Shown here: positions 42,401 to 50,960 of the stretch, in pieces
Position numbering within the stretch: the stretch's first letter is position 1
Layout: each line of letters begins with the position of its first letter
NCBI GenBank assembly: GCA_965637545.1
Contig: OZ281500.1
Location: forward strand, 23,436,001-23,500,000
Length of the DNA stretch: 64,000 nt
Source of the DNA: Phallusia mammillata
Taxonomy: Eukaryota
Direction of reading: 5' to 3'
Notes under the pieces: generated by a model
What the model was told of the DNA's origin: nothing
Database searches by the model: none
What the model saw: the letters and a program-made list of their open reading frames with translations, nothing else
Program-made: the position numbers and the translations under genes

Positions 42401-45400
42401 AAAATAAGTTCATTAAAATAATATTTGTGACAAATATTTCAAAAAATATAAATATCAAATAATACTTGATAGCTTTTTTTTAATAAAATATTTTTTTAAA
42501 TAATCTCTACAGTGCCATTTTCGTTTCAAAATTGTACATGCACAATAAAACTTTCAATATCAATTAGGCCTAAGCAAAAATAAAATCCAGCTCTACCGAC
42601 CAGGAATCTCCTTGAACTGCTTGGCGCACTTGTGCAGAACACGGAAGCTGTCATTCACGCTACGCTCCAATTGCTCGGGGTCAATCGAGGTCAGCGGGTC
42701 ATTCATCCATGACTCGTGCCATCTCATCCAATCAGAAGTGGTCGTCCAAAGGTCACGGTAAGGTTGGAAATCTTTCACCAGCTTGTTCAGTTTATCGTAC
42801 TGCATTGCGTCACACACGGACGTGTTACGTCACAATGCCGCGTGTTTGTGACGTCACGATGTTGATGTCATAGATGATGATGGTTAGTTGATGACGAAAT
42901 GAGGTTGATGACGTAAAGATGAAGTTAAGCGTAGCATGAAAAGCAAAAATATATCTAATAGAAATTAACAATATTTTTATGCCAATCGAAAAAACAACAA
43001 CAAAGATTGTTTTGTTGACGAATATCGTTTACGGTTTTCCTGTGAACAAAACACACATATATATTTTTCTCATGTTCTATTGAACCTGTTGTTAAAATAT
43101 AAGAATAAAGCTCTGTGGTCTTGTAGCATAATTGAGGTGAAATCTTTGCTTTAAATCTATGCAAGTTAGAACACTACTGTGCCACACCAACTGTAGTACT
43201 TTTTTTGTCTATTTTGAAGCAACCAGGAAAATGGAAAAGTGAAAAAAATCGTTTACGAGTTAAGCGACTAAACTAAAATCTAGTTGCGTCTATTCTAAAT
43301 TCACTACATGACCTACGATAATGGAACGTGACGTAACGAACGGGCACTGTGACGTCACTGACAATACACAGACGAACAAAGCCGTTTGTTGGAGGCATTA
43401 TCACCCAACAAACGAACCTTGTTTGTCCATAGTAGGAATAAACTGAGCAGCGCTCGAAAAAGATTTGAAGTTAGGGCAGAGCCTAAACCTTATATTTCGA
43501 CCAATGAACGACCAGTAACGTGAAAGGATTAGAAGGGGTTGGAGGAAAGGCCACGTCAACTTAACTTCGTCGGACGATAGAAATGTTAATTTCACCACAA
43601 GGAAAAAAAACGACAGAGGGCGCTATGGTGTCTCACGTAACGTAGGGGCCTTGACCGAATGGTCTGGCGCGCCTGACCCATATATAGACATAAAAAAACC
43701 TGATCGGGATTCGTCCCCGGGAGCGTCCTGGGTTCGAACTCCGTGAAAATAATTCCGATGTTAACTTTAATGAATTAATAAGGCAAATCAATATTCAAGC
43801 ATTTAAACATAATGTACCAAGACATGATGAGTCATAATAAAAGATGACAGTTGTGTGAAATTTACCCAAACTCAAACAAATAAAATTTTAATTAAATCGA
43901 AAATTTACATTCATTTTGAGAGATTAAAAAAATTAGCTAGAATCACAAAATTGGGAGCGACAGAAATCTTACAAGGTTTTGGCAGAGGGGGCAAGAGCTA
44001 CATATACGACAGACTTGCTTTTAATCATTTTAAATCCATCTCCCCGTGTTTGGGCCTAGATTTTATCAGCTTGGTTTGTTTAAAATTAAAACTGAATGAT
44101 AAATTTGTTTGTGTTTTTAACGTGAAGTCAACAAAACCAGATGTTTAGTGTGATTTTTAATCGATTAAAGGATTTCGGTTATCAGTTTAAGGAGCGGAAA
44201 CGGACTGTTTGCAAAAGATAAGACTACGATCATTTGCTTGATAACGCACTCCTTGACTTTCGCAGTAAATATTTTACGAACGTGTTTTGTAGAGGGTAAA
44301 AGTCAACGTTCAAATAGTTTTCCTTTGACGCGGTAGTTTTTAACATTACCAGAGAGCCACATCAAATGTTACGAATTTTTATAGTTTTGCATAAGTATGA
44401 GTAATGTTAAAGTCATGAGGTTTTTAAGATCCCGATAATATTTGAGGACATTAATCAAATCGGATTGTTAACGTTATGGCACATTTGACATTTAAATTTG
44501 ATCTGTTTTCGGCGCAGCTTTGTTTGTTTTTAGTTTGTTAAATTTGACGTGATCTTTCCTCTACCCACGTGACACGGTCATGGTTGAATAACCACATCGT
44601 CGAAAAAATGCCTCAAAACAATGAGAAATAAGAAACAACATTAGAAAGTAATATAACCACAACGTAACTAGATTTCCAACCAGTTTTGGTGATATCAAAT
44701 CACTTGAGAGGTAGGCTCTCAGCTTTGAACAGACAGTGATTTTAGGCACATGTTGACAAATTGTTTGCAAACGGTTTAGAAACTCGTTCATTTTCTTTCA
44801 ACAAATTAAACCCTGCAGTTTTCTGCTTCACAACGTTGTAAGGTTGTGTAGCGATTTTGGTCTTTGAGTTTGGTTTAGTTGCAATCAGGTCAGAAATGTT
44901 TACTATACATGGGAAATAAACTCTGATAAAGATTAGGTTTCATCAAAAAGTTGTCAAATTTTTTTTTGCAGGAACAGAAGTGACAATATTCTGTCTGTAT
45001 TCTACCTGACAATATTCTATTCTATCTGTAAACAACAACAACAAACAGATAATTATGTACTATTTGTGAAAAGTATATCATTAGGATTTTAGAAGACTTT
45101 CTTTAATAATAAATTGGCTGATGTATTTTCATTTGCAAATACTTTAGTTGTAAAACAGGCCCGTATAAGTGCAACGAAGTCCCAAAACTTACGTTAGTAA
45201 CGGGCATCCCAAACAGGCGCTCTCTCTGGTTATAAACTTGTGCGAGTTGTTGACATTCTTTAAGTTGTTTGTTGATGCGCCTCACTTCGTTGGCGACTTC
45301 ATGAGCTTTCAGGATCTCATTGTGAGCAGCGAAACCGGCTACGACCATCTGTGGTAGATAAAATCTGAATTTCTGACACTGGTGATAACAGCGGGTGTTT

Positions 45401-46048
45401 ATGCATTGGTTCTGAAACGTTTCAGAATTGGGGGGAAAATTCGCCAAAAAAACCACTTTTTGAAGTCTTTAGAAACATACAGTTCGAGAGTCACTCAGTA
45501 ACAACCTTTAAATGAAAATGAATTTGCTGTCTGCAAGGCTCTCTGGCAATTGGAAACTTTAATTGAGCTTAATGTGTTTGCTAGGCCTGTTAAGAAATCA
45601 ACCTCAATCAAATTCACAACAAATATTTACGGTAGTTTTTTTTTAAATCTCCAGAAACATACAGCTCTAAAGTCACTCTTAAACAACGTTTGCATTAAAA
45701 TGCATTTACTGTGTTCAAGGGTCTGTGTGACTCTATGGCAATTGTGAAATTTAATTTAATTTTAGCCTAATGTGTATGCCAGGCCTGCTAGAAAAGTTTT
45801 AAATCGAACTCAAGCTCTCACATGCAAATTCAAGGTTGTGGTGGGATTCGAACCCACAAATCGATTGTTTTCAGACCGACATTGTATCAGTTTTCCGCAC
45901 ACGAACCTGCAAAGTATCGAGTCGATCCTGGAAGTTGTTCTGATCTCCGAGTTGGAGTTTGTGGAAATGTTCTTCCAGCTCCTGGAGTGAAGCATAAGTC
46001 GCTTCCATCTGATCCTCTAGCTTCTTCGGCCAACCGATCGCCGACCAT
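480..46048 (-). CDS. DNAH1: Dynein axonemal heavy chain 1 (inner-arm dynein), partial at both ends, 61 exons
   Basis: Spliced translation follows recalled human DNAH1 colinearly. Motifs: AAA1 [14 protein letters not shown] and CFDEFNRI; AAA2 [10 protein letters not shown]; AAA3 GPTGTGKT and FIDDLNMP; AAA4 GVGGSGRQS; [17 protein letters not shown]; stalk [15 protein letters not shown]; AAA5 [11 protein letters not shown] and GLQDQLL; AAA6 [11 protein letters not shown]; C-terminal [23 protein letters not shown] and [10 protein letters not shown]. Exons in transcription order, all GT-AG; phases agreed at the junctions checked: 45907-46048, 45193-45348, 42601-42799, 41950-42098, 41038-41187, 40315-40482, 39758-39922, 39278-39399, 38789-38894, 38038-38251, 37244-37428, 36675-36757, 36129-36242, 35499-35736, 34798-34968, 34357-34446, 33863-33974, 33005-33399, 31885-32024, 31119-31251, 30570-30743, 29827-29946, 27705-27863, 27257-27385, 26765-26905, 26223-26354, 25712-25898, 24962-25135, 24245-24274 (microexon), 22873-23054, 22324-22452, 21629-21733, 21106-21302, 20363-20522, 19575-19759, 18853-19022, 18198-18394, 17569-17688, 17180-17356, 16397-16558, 15985-16145, 14940-15097, 14464-14666, 13617-13838, 13126-13299, 12539-12699, 11687-11912, 11197-11392, 10714-10829, 10145-10297, 9334-9498, 8857-9078, 8115-8246, 6858-7028, 5880-6059, 5192-5368, 4438-4608, 3110-3240, 2599-2743, 1829-2035, 480-655. 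Confidence 0.96.
2324..2497. repeat. Foldback/MITE-like inverted repeat, ~50 bp arms with ~70 bp spacer
   Basis: ttgcataaaatgtcattacttagctgacaaattcagcacaaacttaaatcag (2324-2375) against the reverse complement of 2447-2497, ttacatatattggcattacttagctgacagatttagcacacacttaaatcag. Confidence 0.75.
3370..3689. mobile_element. Non-autonomous hAT (Charlie-like) MITE, 320 bp
   Basis: TIR CAGAGGTGTGCAACCT / AGGTTGCACACCCCTG, subterminal gcggcccgc repeats, perfect 8-bp TSD ccctaatg. Confidence 0.9.
3781..4090 (-). mobile_element. tRNA-derived SINE (Cics-1-like), interrupted by a MITE at 3902-4044
   Basis: Contains gggaaccactgggttggagcaatgccgcttaagtgtcttgctcagggaaacac, similar to the recalled Ciona Cics-1 body. 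The tRNA-related head continues on the far side of the MITE. A second partial head lies at about 4135-4200 (+). Confidence 0.55.
3902..4044 (+). mobile_element. hAT-type MITE, short variant (143 bp)
   Basis: Imperfect TIR CAGTGTTTATTTTAAGG / CCTTAAAAAAAACCTG, TSD cacacaac/cccacaac (7/8). About 97 bp are nearly identical to the inverted copy at 50257-50443. Confidence 0.85.
4730..4755. repeat. Poly-C tract (C18-T-C7); poly-G on the DNAH1 sense strand
   Basis: Direct reading of 4730-4755. Confidence 0.9.
5458..5602 (-). mobile_element. Family T repeat, internally deleted copy
   Basis: agcattcccaaatggcaaagcgtaggctagaaaaatc...ctttccgggactcgcg...gtcgaaagtcgaatcacaagcacc...ggggatcaccag. Confidence 0.75.
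6461..6718. mobile_element. hAT/Charlie MITE (258 bp)
   Basis: TIR CAGTGGTTCCCAACC / GGTTTGAAAACCACTG, degraded TSD atttaaac/gttaaaac. A second copy lies at 16907-~17140. Confidence 0.8.
7112..7620 (+). mobile_element. Internally deleted hAT Charlie/Buster element (509 bp) retaining a transposase fragment
   Basis: TIR CAGTGGTTCTCAAA / TTTGAGAACCACTG, perfect TSD cattaaag, subterminal gggtcgcg repeats. Internal frame [29 protein letters not shown] resembles the N-terminal zinc-finger region of Buster/Charlie transposases (GF...KPQCVxCxxVLANESMKPSKL). Confidence 0.88.
9955..10120 (-). mobile_element. Family T repeat, 3' body
   Basis: ttcatcactaggatcagccctgaagcgtccatgtagaccagcgatc...ggtcaccaagcattcccaaatgccaagg. 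Confidence 0.75.
13345..13575. repeat. Degenerate tactcg/gagtac-rich array, possibly a decayed hAT MITE
   Basis: About 10 variants of gctgtactcgagtac in about 230 bp. Confidence 0.5.
14724..14821. mobile_element. pogo/Tigger-like MITE (TA TSD)
   Basis: ta-CAATAAACCACGTTAA...TTAACCGAGGTTTACTG-ta with internal ccggattaa repeats. Related copies at 55086-55295 and 60284-60468. Confidence 0.7.
15141..15925 (+). mobile_element. Three head-to-tail copies of family T repeat filling one DNAH1 intron
   Basis: Each copy has gaggcaggcaacggtgct.gtgattcgactt, followed by a tRNA-like module at about 15193, 15525 and 15873 (the last truncated). Confidence 0.8.
16907..17140. mobile_element. hAT/Charlie MITE, second copy of the 6461-6718 family (3' end eroded)
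   Basis: Colinear similarity: cagtggttccc...gggaaggaa...aaaactt.aggggaggaattt...tggtttgtaaatag.cact. An end fragment of another MITE abuts it at about 16820-16900. Confidence 0.75.
19059..19207. mobile_element. hAT-type MITE (CAGTGGTGGGATT family)
   Basis: TIR CAGTGGTGGGATT / AATCCCACCACTG, TSD tttgcatg/tttacttg (6/8). Inverted copy at 24718-24892. Confidence 0.85.
20695..21009. repeat. 21-bp minisatellite (about 15 units) with 63-bp higher-order structure
   Basis: Unit atga(g/c)atcaaat(c/g)atc(g/a)tcac. Variants cycle A(..catcgtYac), B(..cattatcWt), C(..gatcatcac). Confidence 0.92.
24245..24274 (-). CDS. DNAH1: Predicted 30-nt DNAH1 microexon (adds [10 protein letters not shown])
   Basis: Minus strand reads ttcttattttcactgcag|GAGGCGCAAGGAGCATTATCAGCCATATGA|gtgagt. 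It is symmetric phase 1, has no stop, and sits where recalled human DNAH1 has about 12 more residues than direct 24962->23054 splicing would give. Confidence 0.65.
   Translation of the reverse strand, partial: EAQGALSAI
24718..24892. mobile_element. hAT-type MITE (CAGTGGTGGGATT family)
   Basis: Same TIR, TSD cttttaac/attataac (6/8), internal accggttctatagaaccg palindrome shared with the 19059 copy. Confidence 0.85.
25555..25665 (-). mobile_element. Family T repeat with partly deleted tRNA-like module
   Basis: caggcctgttaaaggcgtaataggctagaaaaatctagcttgcggtgggattcgaaccc...ctttccgggactaactgagctacacaggctc. Confidence 0.75.
32100..32290. repeat. Dispersed repeat family D with internal inverted repeat
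   Basis: ggtctcatcagtgcagctggtgacaagag..ggtcgtattggctagtgtag.catctaacggca...ctatacactagcc. Related copies at about 20045-20140 (inverted), 30078-30150, 31525-31640 and 59325-59400. Confidence 0.65.
32616..32953. mobile_element. TIR element with 6-bp TSD (338 bp; possibly hAT6-type)
   Basis: Perfect 13-bp TIR CAGGGTTCCCGCG / CGCGGGAACCCTG flanked by tagcag on both sides, with subterminal ttttcca repeats. Confidence 0.85.
36490..36650 (+). mobile_element. Family T repeat
   Basis: tggtagagcgcgagtcccggaaagactcctatcgtgggtttgaatcccacc...agatttttctagcc...ctggcgtactgtgatt. Confidence 0.75.
39586..39700 (-). mobile_element. Family T repeat, 3' terminus
   Basis: ttaagatgaacataaattcataactgggatcagcctgaagcgtctatgtagaccagcgatcacggcacactc. 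Confidence 0.75.
40065..40287 (-). mobile_element. Dispersed ~350 bp repeat with internal tRNA-like cassette (family T), best-preserved core
   Basis: Shares 5' flank, tRNA-like module and 3' body with copies at about 5458-5602, 8640-8725, 9955-10120, 15141-15372, 15430-15760, 15783-15925, 25555-25665, 36490-36650, 39586-39700, 56048-56095, 57420-57585 and 58712-58880. Confidence 0.8.
40162..40234 (-). ncRNA. tRNA-like cloverleaf inside a family T repeat (probably not an aminoacylated tRNA)
   Basis: GCCTGTG TA GCTC ATTTGGTG AAGC GC GAGTC CCCGAAA GACTT CTGTC GTGGG TTCGAAT CCCAC CGCAGGC: 7-bp acceptor stem, A box, B box GGTTCGAATCC, and T7 four nt downstream. C at position 33 and one extra nt before the anticodon stem argue against function in translation. 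Confidence 0.5.
41632..41910. mobile_element. hAT/Charlie MITE (279 bp)
   Basis: TIR CAGTGTTTCTTAACC / GGTTAAGAATCCCTG, perfect TSD ttataacg, subterminal gtaccc repeats. Confidence 0.9.
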
Positions 46049-46102
46049 CTGCGAGGTAACAAAATTAAGTTAGTTGGAATTTTTTCTTTGGGCACAATTT
46101 AG

Positions 46103-46454
46103 TAGGGATGGGCCAAAACTGCAAGTGTTCTGTTTGGAGCATGCTCGGGTGCATTATGACGTCACAAACATTCCCCATCCCAGCCAGTTTTACAAGTTCG
46201 ATTACGTCACCAAGGTTGCTTACGTCACCAGCGGTGTAATAAGCTGTACAGACCCTAGAAGTATGTGTTTTTTCACAATCATAACGCATTTAAATAAACA
46301 GTCATTATTGTTCTTACCCTTTTATCAAAAGGTTCATATATTAGAATGAATATGCAAATTTAGTGCTCGGGTCAGTTTGTGCAACCGCTCGGCCGAGCAC
46401 CGAGCATCAAAAACAGCAATGCTCGGTACCGGGTTCTGGCTCGGCTCATCCCTA
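46103..46454. mobile_element. hAT Ac-type MITE (352 bp)
   Basis: TIR TAGGGATGGGCC / GGCTCATCCCTA, perfect TSD caatttag, subterminal gctcgg repeats. A relic is at about 16590-16650. Confidence 0.88.
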
Positions 46455-48198
46455 CAATTTAGGAGTATTTAGCACAATTTTGGGTTTATTGAAAATACAA
46501 TACAGTACTTGTTTGTAAACATTTAGGTTTTCTGTGAGAGATGTTCCGTATGGTGCACTTTGCAAATAGAAACTAACTAATACTTTTAATGAACACAACA
46601 ATAATATGGCAAACGGTTTGCCAAAGTAGTATAGTTCATCCCGTAATGATACAATATAATCTAGACCGAGTTATAATCCCTTTTCACATAGGTTTGTAAA
46701 AATCGTTAGAATCTAAACCCTTCATGTTTATTAAAAAATTTAAAAATCTGCTTTTGTGTCGTACCACGCACATGCTGTGTGAATTTTTTTACGTTTTTAT
46801 TTTCTGGTTAATTTTATACAATAAAATTAATTTAACCAAGTCTCAAGGGTTGCGGGATGGTCTAAGTAAAATATATGAATGATATTTATTGGAAGTGGCT
46901 TGTACAAATTTGACAAATGTGCGTGCAAATATTCCACAGAGGTTTGGTGGACACAATGTGACGTAGGTACGAAAAACGTTATTCATAAAGCCTGAGAAAG
47001 CGGTAGAGTGCAAGGAGAACCGTGAGAAATAAGATGCTTCACAAATAAAACTTGTATTAAACATTTACTCGAACATGTAACTAACACTCTGGTGCTAAAA
47101 GTTGCCTTAATATTGAAATATCCCTTCCATGAGACAGCGGTTTAGGGTCATTATATTTTGCCACTGTAGTAGATGCTAGAACAAAACTTTAGATCAATTG
47201 CTGTAGTTTTTTTCTGGTAGTATTTTCGACTCTCAAAAAAATGAATATCTGAGTTTTTCGAGGGCTCCAAGTAAATTTTACTTTGGGGTCTACAGACTGA
47301 CTACGCAAACAGTGTAACTGCTTGGCGAGTTGGAAAATATCAAAACCGCAACTCTGCCACATCTGTGGGATGTTTGGCTTCATTTCCTTGTCAAATGCAC
47401 GTCCTGCGTCCTAATGGAAGCGGTTAGCTTTGAGAGAACTGTTCACGAGAAAGCTTGTTGGCCAGTTGACAAAGATTCGACAGCGTAAGTGACACTTGGT
47501 GCGTGTGTGATAAGGAAGCTGGCACCGTACGTGATTGTTTTCATATATAAGTTGGAGATACAAAAAATACTTTACAGTTTTCCGAAGCGGACAGCTGAAA
47601 GCAGTAAATATGAATTTGTTGTTGTCTGATAACGCACTTTCCTCTAAATATGAGTTTGGAATTTAATTTTATTGGTTATTTAAAACTAACTTTACAACCA
47701 TCTTTTTACAAGCTAAGTTTACAACTCAGATAAATAAAGACAGAGAAAATATAAACTTAAAGTTCTTTCAGCGACAATCAAAGAGTAAAATAGCAGAAAT
47801 TAAAACGTAAATTTGTTTGTGAAAAAAATCTGATAATTTTTTTTGGAGGTAAGTGATCAGCAAACTTTATAACCAGCCAATGTTAGCATGAAGGGAAATC
47901 TTGTAAGATAATAATAGGTATACAGATGATTTACACAGGCTAGGAAGCCTGTGACGTCATAGGAGATTCGCAGACGAACCACTCCCAGTGAAAGGAAGGG
48001 TTCGTTCGTAATTATTTTCGAGGTTTCTTGGCGATTGTACGTTGCTTTCCAAAGATAGATGTGGAGTGGTGATAATAATAATAATGCTCACTGATTACAA
48101 GAGTCTGATAACGGCATGTTTCCTAGGTTGGTCCGTTTTTAGCGTTGTACAAACTGAATCAATAGTGTTGTGCGCAAATTTTGGGATATTTTCTATAT

Positions 48199-48729
48199 CA
48201 GCGCTTCCCAACCGGTGGGCCGCGGCCCACTGGTGGTCCGCGACGTTCTTTTTCGTGGGCCGCGAAGCTTGTCAAACTTCAAAAAGTTACACAGTTCGTG
48301 TGAACGTACTTTCAAGTTTTACTATATTTCTCTAAAATATAATATTAGTTACTATGAAAGTCGCATAAAATTTCACGTTAAACAAAGCTTTATCACACAA
48401 ACAAACTGCAATTGTTACGTCATAACAGCACTTAAACTGCAATTGTCGCATCACAACACTACTTAATCGAAGACACGAAACAGTCTTAACACTGATACAC
48501 TAAATGCTGAATTGCGTGTGAACTTGTCTCCCAATTGAACTCCGACTTGATCTCATCATATAAAATCAGCAAGCTCAGGCTTCAGAAGTATTGCTTGTGC
48601 GGTTATTATTGTTCTTTCTTAATGTTTGTTCTTTTTCATTGTGGTTTTGTCGCAATATTAAACGGTGGTCCACCAAAAAAATTTTTTTTGGGAAGTGGGC
48701 CGTGAGCTGGAAAAGGTTGGGAAGCACTG
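48199..48729. mobile_element. hAT/Charlie MITE (531 bp)
   Basis: TIR CAGCGCTTCCCAACC / GGTTGGGAAGCACTG, perfect TSD ttctatat. Confidence 0.9.
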
Positions 48730-48735
48730 TTCTAT

Positions 48736-48779
48736 ATAATTGTCAGTCTGAGATAATTGTCAGTCTGAGATAATTGTCA
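48736..48779. repeat. 17-bp tandem repeat, about 2.6 copies
   Basis: ataattgtcagtctgag repeated immediately right of the 48199-48729 MITE. Confidence 0.85.
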
Positions 48780-50049
48780 ATTAGCAAAAGTACGTTTCTA
48801 CAAAAATATTACTAATGTGTGTTGCTTAACTGCAGTCTATGTGGCAAGTTTTGACGCCTGTTTGTCCTTCAGTCTGTTTTTATTTTGGTAAGAACGCTAT
48901 AACTTTTTCGTACGAGAACAATTGTACATTTATCAATTAAGATGTATGTTGCTCGTGTAAGCATCGTGCTTCCGTCCATTTATATCAGGAACAGTAAGAC
49001 ACTTTTTTCCGCTTGTCAGACAATATTCCGGGAACTGGTGTAGAATCACAGAATCAGCAAAAAGACATTGATCAGAAAGGGTCTGGGTGGTAAAGGTCTA
49101 TTCGTCAATTCTCCTTGTGCTCAAAATAGAGCATGACTTTCTAACCTGACATATGGTTACATAAGTGGGCGAAAATCTTCTTTGTATTTTCACAAATAGA
49201 TTGCGGAGTACTGATGAACAGCTTAGACGTTTGCAAAGATTTAATCAAGCGTAAAATACGAAGTAAACGTCGTTTCGAATCAAAACAATTCGAATTCCGA
49301 AATCACATTTTCATTAATGTTACTGAATTTTAAAAAGGGAGCGTGAAAATGTTCAAGTGAATGATCTTAGCGATTAGGCATAAAAATTATCTAGAAAAAA
49401 TATGTATTATTTGTATTGGGTAACCGAGTTATGAACTTTGAAGTTAAACAGTTAGTTCCGAATTCACTTTCTTATTGTTACAACAAAGCAAAAACGTAAA
49501 AACATGAAAAGTATTTTCAGAAAGCAATTCCAATTTTCTTAGCTTACGCACTTGAAACGTGGGAAGGAAAAATCAGGATTTTATCTGTTTCTCCTACAAT
49601 TAAGAAAACAACTTTCAAATACTTTCTCCTAGCTTTTTTCCTGTAAGCTTCTAATTCTGGTATGTTAGTGACTCATTTCCTTAAAACGCCGGTGTTATGT
49701 TACCCGGGTGCACATTTCCTTTACGTCAAGATTTAGTTGACGTCAAATTCTCTACGTCAACTGCTAACTGTAAAGTATTCACAAATTTAGAATCATTTGT
49801 TAAAAACTAAGCAGTCACAGAAAACCGAATCTGAAGAACTCTTGCGGGACAAGCGTGCGTTTACGTCTGCTCAAAGTTAAACCTTAGAGAGCTGAATGAA
49901 AGTCATTGCTAATTGATTTCTCAACTGTCAGGTTAAAATCAACCCGAGCAAAAGGAGGTTTTTAAGAAAGAAGCAGTTTGCCAAGAAGAGTAATACAAAC
50001 CATGATTATGTGAGCTTTTTACCAAACAGGATTAGTTTTTAATTTTATG

Positions 50050-50960
50050 CTTTCAAAGAAATTTTAGTTTGCAGCACATTTGTGTAGTTTTTAGTTTCAT
50101 AGAAGGGCACCACTCGACAGTCAATAAGTAATGTTTTTATCCAATTAAAGAGTAAACATAACCACACGTTTAGTGCTTCAATTAAACGTACAATTCAACG
50201 AGTTCAATTCCAATCGTTCCTGCAACAGCCTGATATTATTTTTCTGTCAACAAGATCAGGTTTTTTTTTAAGGTTTGGTTTGGGTGACCGCTAAGTAGTT
50301 TTAAGAGACCGCAAGTGTTTCATTTAAATACCAAAAAATAGCCATATTTGCTTAAACAAAGTATTTATGTCCAAATTTTGGGAAACCGCTGGAGAAATTT
50401 GGGGGACCGTTTCGGTCCCCCAAAACACCTTAAAAAAACACTGAACAAGATAAAGACAGTGCTGTTTGTCGAAACCTTACAAACCAGGAGTTGAAAAACA
50501 CACAGTTTTAGGCATTTCCGCTCAGACATCTTTTTGATAGCTGACAGAAATATTATTGAACCAACAGACGGGGTTGCGGGGTGTAGTCCATTTGATGACA
50601 GAGGCTTCGACTTTCTTGCCGGTGTTTTTTCTATCAATACTATGTTGCTGTTTCTTCCAATTGGTAAAAGGAAAGGCCATGTCTTATTCAAATGGAAAGG
50701 TGATGTTTCTTAATTTCCGGCCCTCAGTCATTTGACAGAATTTTCTTATCAATTGTTCCGCAAAAATTTCAAAACAGAACAAAAAAAAAAACGCTTCAAA
50801 AATATCTTAGGCATATACCATCCATTGCTTATCAATACGACGATGAAAAAATGTTTGAGCAAAATTATAGAGTTGGCTTCTTCTGTGGCCTGAGAGGTGA
50901 CCATGAATGAGCAGATCACCAGTCAATAGGAGTTATTCTGTTTGCTCAATCTCTCAGACG
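50050..50960 (-). pseudogene. Possible decayed hAT transposase relic (TTF-type zinc finger, ZMYM1-like)
   Basis: Colinear broken frames DLLIHG...FAQTFFHRRIDKQWMVYA*..FCFEIF, then PFTNWKK, then W..TR*IVRLIEAL. These resemble the recalled order F...Y.R...WLxYS...FCF, FxNWKK, W..L.RII in such transposases. Many stops and frameshifts; interrupted by the 50257 MITE. Confidence 0.35.
50257..50443 (-). mobile_element. hAT-type MITE, long variant (187 bp), same family as 3902-4044
   Basis: Same TIRs in reverse orientation, perfect 8-bp TSD aacaagat. Confidence 0.9.

Noticed and set aside
480-46048. DNAH1 as a truncated pseudogene
   Set aside because: No stops or frameshifts were seen in the 61 exons and the splice sites are canonical. 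Missing ends are explained by the window limits and a large intron.
318-46349. Many 60-140 aa ORFs on the plus strand and in alternative minus frames in the ORF track (e.g. 5168-5449, 17090-17380, 27511-27933, 33128-33403, 39199-39594)
   Set aside because: They are antisense or off-frame shadows of GC-richer DNAH1 exons, or AT-rich intron noise. They have no recognisable domains or splice-consistent chains.
50815-50910. Crypton/tyrosine-recombinase-like FFCGLRGDHE on the plus strand and PIGRNS on the minus strand
   Set aside because: The two motifs are on opposite strands, and the region is better explained by the minus-strand hAT relic.
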